A DNA stretch of 64,000 nucleotides from an archaeon (GTDB lineage Archaea; Nanobdellota; Nanobdellia; Pacearchaeales; GW2011-AR1): contig DAOVXQ010000001.1 in assembly GCA_030636025.1 (NCBI GenBank), positions 96,809-160,808 on the forward strand, given 5' to 3'. The stretch's first letter is position 1. Each line of letters starts with the position of its first letter. The notes under the pieces are model-generated. The model was not told where the DNA came from. It made no database searches and saw nothing but the letters and a program-made list of their open reading frames with translations. Positions 54,120 to 62,270 of this stretch are shown here, one piece after another. Made by a program: the position numbers and the translations under genes.

Positions 54120-54740
54120 CTACTCAAATTCTCTCCTATCCATCTCATTTTGAATAATCGTCATTGTCTGCGATGCAAAATACATTTGCTTTCCAACACT
54201 TATTTTTTCAACGCCCAATTTCTTTAATTTTTTCAATTCTGATTTTGGAATCCCATCTTGGTCTCCAATAATAAAAACACTATTCTCAATTTCATCATCC
54301 TCCAAATTACGAATATCCTTTCCCTTTCTATCTAAAATATAAATTTTCTTCCCATCATTAATCATTTCTTCAACCAAATTTACAAAATTCTTTTTCTCAA
54401 CAGAATAACCAGGCGCAACTTCTTTTCTCTCTCCTTTCTTAACTTTATACAACATTTTTTTAATCAACCCTGCAATATCTTTCTTACTAATGTCAATTTG
54501 TCCTTTAATGTCTGCGAATTGTTTATTTTCACCAGGAAACATTTCAATATGCACTGGAGAATTTGGAGGCCCATTAAAAATCATATGTAACTTAACATCA
54601 TCCCTCATATGATGACTTACAAAAAAACCCATGATAATTATCTGACACGCAATATCCAACCTCCCTGCTTTCATTAAATTATTAACATCAAAATTACCAG
54701 ACGTTCTCGCATTCTCAGAATAATAAATAAATTCTCTCAT
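54120..54740 (-). CDS. trmY: tRNA (pseudouridine54-N1)-methyltransferase TrmY (SPOUT, DUF358)
   Basis: MREFIYYSENARTSGNF...AGRLDIACQIIIMGFFVSHHMRDDV matches the archaeal TrmY N-terminal pattern. Confidence 0.65.
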   Translation of the reverse strand: MREFIYYSENARTSGNFDVNNLMKAGRLDIACQIIIMGFFVSHHMRDDVKLHMIFNGPPNSPVHIEMFPGENKQFADIKGQIDISKKDIAGLIKKMLYKVKKGERKEVAPGYSVEKKNFVNLVEEMINDGKKIYILDRKGKDIRNLEDDEIENSVFIIGDQDGIPKSELKKLKKLGVEKISVGKQMYFASQTMTIIQNEMDRREFE

Positions 54741-54777
54741 ATTAAAACTATTAAGAAAAAAACCTTTAAATTATTAA

Positions 54778-55248
54778 CTATTCATAAACACTGCTCTCAA
54801 GACATTCTTCCCCAACACCATAAAAAAATTCTTTCCCAACAATATGAATACCTTTTCTATGTAAAAATTCTGATTCAGACATAAAAACCTCGCCCTCTAA
54901 TTCATTTTCAGAAGCAATTAATTCTTCAGCAATTTCAATTTCTTCTTGTAAATCCAATCGCCTTTGATATTCTAAAACTTTTTCTGGAACAACATATCCG
55001 TCTTCATCAACACCCCGACTATCTAAATAATCCTTTATCTCTTCTGAATATCTTATTTCATTAAGATTTCTTAAATCACGGCAAAGAGTTCCATCAGCAT
55101 TTAATGTCGGTGTTGCTCCAAAATAATTTAAATGTGGTGGATTTTGACCTAAATTTAATCTGCCATGATTCCTCTTAGAAGGTTTACCAAGTAACTTTAT
55201 TTTTGGTCTTTGATGTACCGACCTTGGCGTATAATTTCTTCTTCTCAT
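54778..55248 (-). CDS. Hypothetical protein
   Basis: 156-aa ORF with a basic N-terminus. Confidence 0.4.
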   Translation of the reverse strand: MRRRNYTPRSVHQRPKIKLLGKPSKRNHGRLNLGQNPPHLNYFGATPTLNADGTLCRDLRNLNEIRYSEEIKDYLDSRGVDEDGYVVPEKVLEYQRRLDLQEEIEIAEELIASENELEGEVFMSESEFLHRKGIHIVGKEFFYGVGEECLESSVYE

Positions 55249-55311
55249 TTCATTATTAAAAATTCATTCCTTTATAAATATTATTGAGATTTCAAACAAG
55301 TTATAGAAATA

Positions 55312-56028
55312 TTAACTAAACAAGTTCTCAAAAAATCCAACCCTCTGCCCTAATTTTTGCTTTCTTATTATTCTCAATTTAGTCATCCGTTCTGTTGCAT
55401 AACTAAAAGTAATCGACGGCATATTAATATTTTTCAAAATAAATTTCCCAACCTGTTTTGGTTTTTCTTTTCCCGCCTCCCTCAATACCCACCCTGTCGC
55501 TTTTTGTATATATGGCTGTTTGTCCGCGATATATTTTTCCGCTAACTTCATAGACAATTTAATATTTCCTTTTTTAACCAATGGAAGGGTCGAAACAATC
55601 GCAATTCTTCTCATCCAAAAATCTTTGTTTTCAGATAATTTTAATATTTCTTTTTCAAACACCGGATATTTCAAAAGAATTTTCCCAACAACCCTCGTAG
55701 AAATCGCATCTATCTGGTCCCAGCTTTTCATATCTTTTAATTTTGGTTTGATAAACTTCCAAGTTTTCAAATCAAACTCGTCTCCGTATAATTGAAGTGC
55801 ATAAATTGCAAGAGACATTTCTTCATGATATCCAGAACCCCAAAGCTTATCAAATGTTTTATAAAAATCCTTTAAGATATATTCTTCATGCAATTTTTTT
55901 GCTAATGTCCTCAATTCTGGCGCCCTTATACCATAAAATTCATAAGGCGACCGAATATATTTTTTAACATCTTCTGCAAATTGCTTATCACTTAATTTTT
56001 TTAACTGCTTCTTTATTTTATGTTCCAT
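55312..56028 (-). CDS. DNA alkylation repair protein (AlkD-like HEAT-repeat glycosylase family)
   Basis: Helical-repeat protein with FAEDVKKYIRSPYEFYGIRAPELRTLAKKL and WMRRIAIVSTL patterns. Confidence 0.65.
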   Translation of the reverse strand: MEHKIKKQLKKLSDKQFAEDVKKYIRSPYEFYGIRAPELRTLAKKLHEEYILKDFYKTFDKLWGSGYHEEMSLAIYALQLYGDEFDLKTWKFIKPKLKDMKSWDQIDAISTRVVGKILLKYPVFEKEILKLSENKDFWMRRIAIVSTLPLVKKGNIKLSMKLAEKYIADKQPYIQKATGWVLREAGKEKPKQVGKFILKNINMPSITFSYATERMTKLRIIRKQKLGQRVGFFENLFS

Positions 56029-56033
56029 TTTAA

Positions 56034-56585
56034 TTATCGAGACAATGTCTTTCTCTGAAACTGCACATTCTTCTCACCAGAAACATGTTTTTGCTCTTTA
56101 GCTTTTTGCTTTGAGATTTTCAATCCTTCTTCCATCGAAGCCATCTCTTTTTCTTTTGCATCCTCTGTCTCTTCTTTAGATTTTTCTTCCTCTGGCTTTT
56201 TCTCTTCAACTTTTTCTTCAACTGTCTTTTTTATTTGTGCCTTTTTCTTCTCTTCTCTTAATCTCTCAAATTTAATATGTTCAGGAATATTAACAAGTTC
56301 AACTCTCACAATTCCACTATCTAATTTCTTTGCAATAACTTTAATTTTCGCAGGAGGTTTTCTCATTCCTCTGAATCTTATTTCATTATTAAGAATTATG
56401 TCTACCTTAATTTTTCTCAAATCCCTGTCATAAACTTTCATATGTTTTGCAATAAATTGCTTCAAAGTTTTAACTGCCTTGTTCGCCCGCTTATATTCAG
56501 GAACTTTCAACCAGCCCTGTCTAAGCGGAACAATATACTCTCGCTCCAAAACGATTTTCGATTCTGTTTTTTTTGCTTTTGCCAT
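56034..56585 (-). CDS. rpl31e: Ribosomal protein eL31 with K/E-rich C-terminal extension
   Basis: EREYIVPLRQGWLKVPEYKRANKAVKTLKQFIAKHMK. Confidence 0.85.
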   Translation of the reverse strand: MAKAKKTESKIVLEREYIVPLRQGWLKVPEYKRANKAVKTLKQFIAKHMKVYDRDLRKIKVDIILNNEIRFRGMRKPPAKIKVIAKKLDSGIVRVELVNIPEHIKFERLREEKKKAQIKKTVEEKVEEKKPEEEKSKEETEDAKEKEMASMEEGLKISKQKAKEQKHVSGEKNVQFQRKTLSR

Positions 56586-56586
56586 A

Positions 56587-56853
56587 TTATGCTACTTTTA
56601 CTAATTCAAAATTCTTTATTGCATTTTCTAATCTTGATTTAATTTTATTTATTTTATGTTCTTTACCAAATATTCTCACACAAGTTTGAGAATCCTCTTT
56701 ATCAACAAAAACCCCAACATCTCCGAAATTATAACCATCTGTATTCCCATTAAAAAAAGAAGATTTTTCACCATATTTTCTCATCATAGCTGTTCTAAAG
56801 CTTAAATTTTCTTTGTTAGTTCCAATTACTTCATAAATTTTTATTTTTCTCAT
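56587..56853 (-). CDS. Hypothetical protein embedded in the ribosomal protein operon
   Basis: 88-aa ORF with 1-nt spacers to eL39 and eL31. Confidence 0.45.
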   Translation of the reverse strand: MRKIKIYEVIGTNKENLSFRTAMMRKYGEKSSFFNGNTDGYNFGDVGVFVDKEDSQTCVRIFGKEHKINKIKSRLENAIKNFELVKVA

Positions 56854-56854
56854 T

Positions 56855-57058
56855 TTATCCTAAATGTTGTTTCCTCTGTCTTCTTGGTTTAATTTTTAAT
56901 TTTGTTCTTCTCCAGTGTCTTTTAACATGAGTTACTGCCGACGGATGCGCTTTTTTACCTGCTCCAAATTTTTTCAAAACAACCCAAAACGGAGCCCACC
57001 GAGTTCTCCTATTTGCCTTGCTTAATTTAATTTTCTTTTGATATTTTGGCTTCGCCAT
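56855..57058 (-). CDS. rpl39e: Ribosomal protein eL39
   Basis: KLSKANRRTRWAPFWVVLKKFG motif. Confidence 0.85.
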   Translation of the reverse strand: MAKPKYQKKIKLSKANRRTRWAPFWVVLKKFGAGKKAHPSAVTHVKRHWRRTKLKIKPRRQRKQHLG

Positions 57059-57059
57059 T

Positions 57060-57497
57060 TTATTTAATCCCCTCCAAAAATTCTTTTCCTTTTTCGGTTA
57101 TTTTTCTCCCAGCCCTTTTCCCAGAAACATTATGCTTTTCTAAAAAACCAGCACTTTCAGCTTGCTGTAAAATTGTTCTGATAATTTTCCCAGAAGATTT
57201 TTTAAATCTCTCAGGTTTAACTCCCCTGTTTTTTTTGCTCCCATATCTTGTTCTTAATCTATTTACTCCAACAACTTTATGAATATAAATTTGCCTTAAA
57301 ATACTCGCCGCTCGCTTATGCCAGAAATCCAGCTCCTGAGGCGGTCTGTCTTTTGCAACACCTGTTTTAACATAAAAACTCCATTCAGGTTGCTCAAATT
57401 CAGGCATACTTTTCAGTAGCTCTGCTAATTTTAAATTATATTCGTCTGCAGGCAATTCATAAACCGGATTTATTTTGTTTTCCATTTTAATAGTCAT
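57060..57497 (-). CDS. rps19e: Ribosomal protein eS19
   Basis: PEWSFYVKTGVAKDRPPQ...WHKRAASILRQIY...RGVKPERFKKSSGKIIR. Confidence 0.9.
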   Translation of the reverse strand: MTIKMENKINPVYELPADEYNLKLAELLKSMPEFEQPEWSFYVKTGVAKDRPPQELDFWHKRAASILRQIYIHKVVGVNRLRTRYGSKKNRGVKPERFKKSSGKIIRTILQQAESAGFLEKHNVSGKRAGRKITEKGKEFLEGIK

Positions 57498-57644
57498 TCC
57501 TTTCGGAATTAGAACAGCTTATGCTGTTAAACTAAATTTATGTAAGAAAAAGGGTTTATAAATATAACTCTTTTATTTTACTAGAATCCTAACAATATTT
57601 TTGTTTACAATAATCTTTAAATAGTTTTTCTGAGATATATTAAA

Positions 57645-57851
57645 ATGCCACAAGGAAGTTTAATACAAAAAGCAAACCGGGAATTTTATAGAAGACCAAT
57701 CCAACCCCTAAAATGCAATACTAATTCAAATTATTGTAAAAGTTATGAAACATCATGCTGTAATTTTTCATGCCCTTATGCTCAAAAACAAAAACAAGAT
57801 GAAATCTTAACAAGAGAAAATAGAAACCCTTTATTAGAAAATATATTTTAA
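57645..57851 (+). CDS. Doubtful small Cys-rich ORF
   Basis: 68-aa ORF with 'tttaaata' about 25 nt upstream. No homolog recognised. Confidence 0.25.
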   Translation: MPQGSLIQKANREFYRRPIQPLKCNTNSNYCKSYETSCCNFSCPYAQKQKQDEILTRENRNPLLENIF

Positions 57852-58096
57852 CCCCGAGCTTTCCGCCACTTTTTTAAAAAAATTGAAAAACCCAAAACCC
57901 GATAGGTAAACCTTTCTCCCAACTTCTCAATTAATTCTTCTGCATATTTCTTAACATCGGCCTTACTTTCACGAGCACTCGCCAAAACCGAAATCTTAAT
58001 ATTAACATTCGACTGCTTCCCAACCCGTTTCTCAATATCTCTAACAAAATCCTCAGTCAGACCTTTTTTCCCTAATTGCATATCAATTTGTTTCAT
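57848..58096 (-). CDS. CRM-domain (YhbY-like) RNA-binding protein
   Basis: MQLGKKGLTEDFVRDIEKRV...NIKISVL pattern. Confidence 0.7.
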   Translation of the reverse strand: MKQIDMQLGKKGLTEDFVRDIEKRVGKQSNVNIKISVLASARESKADVKKYAEELIEKLGERFTYRVLGFSIFLKKWRKARG

Positions 58097-58104
58097 TTAT
58101 TATC

Positions 58105-58698
58105 TCATTTAACATCTAATTTATCACTCGGAATCGCCTGCATAATTTCTTCTCTGGAAACAGGAAAATCAAATTTATCCCTGATATTTTTCGCAATTTT
58201 CTCAGAAGCTTGTTCTTTATTCAATTTCCCCTGTTTAATCTCTCCCAATATCTTATTTTTTCCATCTGCAGGAACCGCCCGCAATTTTCCTTTTTGTATA
58301 ATCAAAATCAATTTTGGTTTAACTTTCATCTGTTCTTTCTTGCCTTTAACACCAAAAGTCCCCAATTTCATACCCTTTTTCTTATAAATCTGCTCTCCTT
58401 TAAAAACATCCACATCAATTTTTTGGCTTTTAGAAACTTTTTTCCATTGCTGAGAAAAACACCCGCAAAAAATTCCTGTTTCATCTAAATCTTTTTTACT
58501 CGGATTATCAGATTGAATAATCATAAAAGGGCTCCCTGGCTTAACAGTATGCATAACAGTATAATTTGGCTTTAAAAAATTCTTAATTGCTAATTCATTT
58601 TGTTCATCAGATTTCCCGCCAACTACAAGGGTTCCATCTGAAGTAAAAAACCACCGATAATTTCTATAATTCTTTTGTGGGTTTAGTAATTTAAACAT
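58105..58698 (-). CDS. NFACT-R/DUF814 domain protein
   Basis: VVGGKSDEQNELAIKNFLKPNYTVMHTVKPGSPFMIIQ. Confidence 0.65.
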   Translation of the reverse strand: MFKLLNPQKNYRNYRWFFTSDGTLVVGGKSDEQNELAIKNFLKPNYTVMHTVKPGSPFMIIQSDNPSKKDLDETGIFCGCFSQQWKKVSKSQKIDVDVFKGEQIYKKKGMKLGTFGVKGKKEQMKVKPKLILIIQKGKLRAVPADGKNKILGEIKQGKLNKEQASEKIAKNIRDKFDFPVSREEIMQAIPSDKLDVK

Positions 58699-58732
58699 TA
58701 AAATATGAGAAAAAGCGAGTTTTAAAATGTTT

Positions 58733-59170
58733 CTAAATCAACTTTTTCAATTCTCTAACCCTTTGAACATACTCTTTATCTGAATAAATTTTTCTCTTTT
58801 TCCAATTAATATCCCGACTCCCAATTTGCATATCAGGAATAAGATGATAATGAATATGGTCAATTGATTTCCCGACCTCTTTTTTATTCCCTTCCCTGTA
58901 AAGAACACTCACATTCGCATATTTTTTATGAAGTTTTTTCAAACCATAACAAATTAGTTTCTCAAAAGCATCTTTTTGCTCCTGTGTCAATGAATTAAAC
59001 TTAACAACATGTTTTTTAGAAACAACTAAAAGATGGTCTTTTGTATAGGGGGCTTTTGCAAGAGTTAAAATCGCATATTTGTTTTGTTTGAGAATCTCAT
59101 TTTTTTCAAGAGTGCAAAACGGACAGGTTTTCATAGTCTTAAGATATTTTTGGTATAACATTATCCCCAA
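58733..59170 (-). CDS. HIT-family nucleotide hydrolase/transferase
   Basis: Histidine triad HIHYHLIP and N-terminal CPFC. Confidence 0.8.
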   Translation of the reverse strand: MGIMLYQKYLKTMKTCPFCTLEKNEILKQNKYAILTLAKAPYTKDHLLVVSKKHVVKFNSLTQEQKDAFEKLICYGLKKLHKKYANVSVLYREGNKKEVGKSIDHIHYHLIPDMQIGSRDINWKKRKIYSDKEYVQRVRELKKLI

Positions 59171-60414
59171 AACTCCAAGGCATCTTTTAATTCAATGTGG
59201 TCTTGAGAATATTTCTTCAAAGAAATATTTTGCATAGTTGCTTCTAAAGCTTGTCTCGCTGCAATTGCTCCTCTCAAAGTTCCTTTTGGATGCCCGTGCA
59301 CGCCACCCCCCATTTGAACCACAATATCTTTCCCAAGATGTTTAATCAAAAAAGGAACATGTCCTGGATGCAACCCTCCAGAACTAACAGACAAAACAGA
59401 TTTAATTTTTCCCCAATCCTGAGCCAATCTTTTCCGCGTTGCTTTAACACTCTTTCTTTCCATTTCTTCATTTAATGAACTAACTAATTCTAAATCTCCC
59501 TCTAATTTTCCAATAGCAGTTCCAATATGCAGTTGGTCTACTCCAATTAAACGAGCAAAATCAGCTAAAACCATCATGCTTATTCCATGTTTTTCATTTC
59601 TTGTAAAAGCAGCATGCATTGCTCTGTGCGCATGAATTGCCATTTTAAAATTCGCCTCCCTCAAAGTCTGCAATGCAGAAAAACCAGCAGTAACAATATC
59701 GATCATAACATACTTACCCCCCTGTGCCTCAACCAACTGCGCCCGTTTTATCATTTCCTTTGTCTCATCAGTTATATTAATCAGATATGCTTTCTCTTCA
59801 CCTGTCTGGCTTTTAGCTTTATCAGCAACCTCTAAACATTTAGACAATCTTTTTTCAAATTTATTAAATTTCTGACTACTAAGATTTTCATCATCCTTAA
59901 CCAAATCACAACCACCTATCCAAGAATCATAAGCAATCGCAGTATGGTCTTTTGTTTTCAATCCAAGTTTTGGTTTTACAATTGTTCCAATCAAAGGACG
60001 AGTTTTTATTTTCATTAATTTTCTAATTCCCGCAATTCCATATTTTGGTCCAAGAAAAGAATTCAAAATATCTTTCGGAATTTTAATATCTTCTAATCTA
60101 AGATTTTTCACAGCTTTCATTCCGAAAATATTTCCTACAATAGAACTCAAAATGTTCGGAGCATTTCCCATTTCAAATAATTCCTGCGGATAAGCAATTT
60201 TAACCATATTGCCTTTTATAGAAAAAACTTTAGCAGCTAATTTATTAACATATTTTTTTTCATGAACATCTGTCCATGTCCCGACACTGCTTTCCAAAGC
60301 AACCGTCGCTGCCGCCTTTCTCATACTAATTTTATTCGGCTCAACTCTAAACAAACAAACCAAATCCTTCCCAGAAGGTTTATACTTTAAATCAACAAAT
60401 TGTTCTGGTTTCAT
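59161..60414 (-). CDS. rbcL: Ribulose-1,5-bisphosphate carboxylase large subunit, form III
   Basis: 417 aa with GTWT, GNIFGMKAVKNLRLEDIKIP, TIVKPKLGL, GGCDLVKDDENL, and GGVHGHP near the C-terminus. No small-subunit gene is present. Confidence 0.9.
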   Translation of the reverse strand: MKPEQFVDLKYKPSGKDLVCLFRVEPNKISMRKAAATVALESSVGTWTDVHEKKYVNKLAAKVFSIKGNMVKIAYPQELFEMGNAPNILSSIVGNIFGMKAVKNLRLEDIKIPKDILNSFLGPKYGIAGIRKLMKIKTRPLIGTIVKPKLGLKTKDHTAIAYDSWIGGCDLVKDDENLSSQKFNKFEKRLSKCLEVADKAKSQTGEEKAYLINITDETKEMIKRAQLVEAQGGKYVMIDIVTAGFSALQTLREANFKMAIHAHRAMHAAFTRNEKHGISMMVLADFARLIGVDQLHIGTAIGKLEGDLELVSSLNEEMERKSVKATRKRLAQDWGKIKSVLSVSSGGLHPGHVPFLIKHLGKDIVVQMGGGVHGHPKGTLRGAIAARQALEATMQNISLKKYSQDHIELKDALEFWG

Positions 60415-60427
60415 TTTCCCTCTTTTT

Positions 60428-60634
60428 TCATTTTTCTAATAATTTTAAAATTTTTTCAAGACAATTCTTACCCAAATCATGATGAACATGAAATGTTTCT
60501 GACCAGTGAGTTCCCCCTTCATTATGGTCATATCCATAACCCTGTATGCTTATAGTCGCCATATATATCTCTTGATGCCCTTTTTCTATTTCTTCACCAC
60601 ATACATTACATTTATAATTAGTTTCCTGCGTCAT
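60428..60634 (-). CDS. Hypothetical small protein with N-terminal CxxC
   Basis: 68-aa ORF, YKCNVCGEEI.... Confidence 0.4.
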   Translation of the reverse strand: MTQETNYKCNVCGEEIEKGHQEIYMATISIQGYGYDHNEGGTHWSETFHVHHDLGKNCLEKILKLLEK

Positions 60635-60752
60635 TTTTTCATCTCTTAATATTAATTAATAGCCAAGAACTTTTATAAATATATCCCAATCTAATTTTGG
60701 GGCATATCCTGCAGACATATATCCCTTCTAAAATAACTTACTCACCTATCAA

Positions 60753-60777
60753 ACTTAGGAGCTTCGCCAACCTAAGT
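60753..60777 (-). repeat. Conserved hairpin family, member b (reverse orientation)
   Basis: Its reverse complement, acttagg-TTGGCGAAGCT-cctaagt, matches member d at 24/25 positions. Confidence 0.6.
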
Positions 60778-60845
60778 TTGTTCTTCTCTCAAAACCATAA
60801 ATACTAATAAGAAATTAAAAAGAGTAAGATATAAATAAAAAGAAA

Positions 60846-60870
60846 TTTTTGGTTAGTGAAACTCCAAAAA
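60846..60870 (+). repeat. Conserved hairpin family, member c
   Basis: tttttgg-TTAGTGAAACT-ccaaaaa, 8 nt after 'tataaata'. Confidence 0.6.
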
Positions 60871-60979
60871 TTCCATAGAATATCGCAAAACTAATTTTCG
60901 GTTGCTCACGACATATGTCTGGTGGTCGCACACTAATCTAATTCAGAATTTTTTTGTTGTTAAATCAATTAAATTCATT

Positions 60980-61099
60980 TTACTTCCCGCAACTCGTCTT
61001 CTCCCCCCTAGCATGATGATATTCCTGACACTCAGAACATTTTCCATGTCTTGGGCAATCCCAAGTGCAAGGGCAATCTTCATTAATTTCTTGTTCCAT
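60980..61099 (-). CDS. Small Cys/His-rich protein (39 aa), not in ORF track
   Basis: My translation is MEQEINEDCPCTWDCPRHGKCSECQEYHHARGEKTSCGK. Confidence 0.45.
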   Translation of the reverse strand: MEQEINEDCPCTWDCPRHGKCSECQEYHHARGEKTSCGK

Positions 61100-61256
61100 A
61101 ATTTTAATTAGTTTTTGACTTTTTATATTTTCCTAAATAATATTTTAATTAAGGTCATCTGTCTCTTGTAAAAGGAGCAAAAAATCAAAGATTTTGAGAG
61201 TTAAAATTAATTATTTCGTGAGAACTTAATTTAATAATGAGAAATGCGATTTGAGA

Positions 61257-61706
61257 TTAAGTTTTAGAGTTTGCTAATGCTTCTAGTTCTGACGTTGTTC
61301 TTATAAGTTCGCTAGGTTTGGGAGTTAAAAGGCTTGGAAACAGGGATGCATAATTAGATTTAAATTCATCAAATTCTTTGGGAGTTAATAAAGAATATTT
61401 TAGTGATTTTAAATTTTTTGTAAAATCTTTAGTGGTTACCAAAAATTTCACTTCTCCATTTAACTTTCCATAAAGCTCTAGTGCTAAAGTGCTCTGATTA
61501 AATTCATGGTTCTTATTTATTTTTCCTTCATTACTAACCACTTGATAAATAGCTAATGTAGAATCTTTATAGACTAATCCAACGGGTAATTGTGTACCCA
61601 TTGGCATGTTTACATGTGCCCTTGCTTCTTCATATGAACATTCAAGTCTATTATTACATTTAGGACATTCATACATTTCTATTTTAATTGGCTCATCATT
61701 TACCAT
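61257..61706 (-). CDS. Hypothetical protein with N-terminal zinc ribbon
   Basis: YECPKCNNRLECSYEE...; 149 aa. Confidence 0.45.
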   Translation of the reverse strand: MVNDEPIKIEMYECPKCNNRLECSYEEARAHVNMPMGTQLPVGLVYKDSTLAIYQVVSNEGKINKNHEFNQSTLALELYGKLNGEVKFLVTTKDFTKNLKSLKYSLLTPKEFDEFKSNYASLFPSLLTPKPSELIRTTSELEALANSKT

Positions 61707-61768
61707 ATTAATTTCTCTCAGAATTATCTGAGGTATTCACCTCTTATTTTGCTAAAGAAAACCCCTTT

Positions 61769-62212
61769 TTAAGCCTTTTGGGAGTGTTTCTTCCTGATGG
61801 GATGTTCGAGAACTTTTAAAGTTTTTGACATTAAATAAAAAATCAAACCCAAAACAATAACTATCCCAAATACAAAAAAAGTATTATAAAAATTCGCATT
61901 ATAATTAATTATTTCTTCAATCCGAGTATTACTCTTAAATAATCTCGATATAAAACTATCTAAAATACTTCCTAATCCAAACCCGATTAACCCAACAAAT
62001 AAATTATTTTGTTCATAAAATAAATACAATAATAAAAAAAATGTCAAAATAATAATCCCAAAATGATAATGGTGAATTGTTAATCCTGTTACAGCTCGGA
62101 TAATTGAAACAGAACCGCCACTATAAAAAAACAAAACTCGCAATCTCCAATAAATAAAAGATAAAATTAATCCAAGAAAAAATACAATCAATCTTTTTTT
62201 AGGTTCATCCAT
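61769..62212 (-). CDS. Hypothetical integral membrane protein (4 TM)
   Basis: Hydrophobic 147-aa ORF. Confidence 0.45.
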   Translation of the reverse strand: MDEPKKRLIVFFLGLILSFIYWRLRVLFFYSGGSVSIIRAVTGLTIHHYHFGIIILTFFLLLYLFYEQNNLFVGLIGFGLGSILDSFISRLFKSNTRIEEIINYNANFYNTFFVFGIVIVLGLIFYLMSKTLKVLEHPIRKKHSQKA

Positions 62213-62270
62213 TTAACAAGTTCAATTAATTAGATTATAAAGTTTTTTTCAATAGATTATAGATATTAAA

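Noticed and set aside
60846-60870. Interpreting the hairpin family as K-turn/K-loop or box C/D sRNA elements, or as split-tRNA halves
   Set aside because: There are no tandem sheared G-A pairs after the bulge, no RUGAUGA/CUGA boxes nearby, and no tRNA-like acceptor or T-arm sequences.
61232-61245. 14-mer 'taataatgagaaat' repeated at 63642-63655
   Set aside because: It is a short AT-rich match in different contexts (after a stop codon versus just before the cysS start), so it is plausibly chance.
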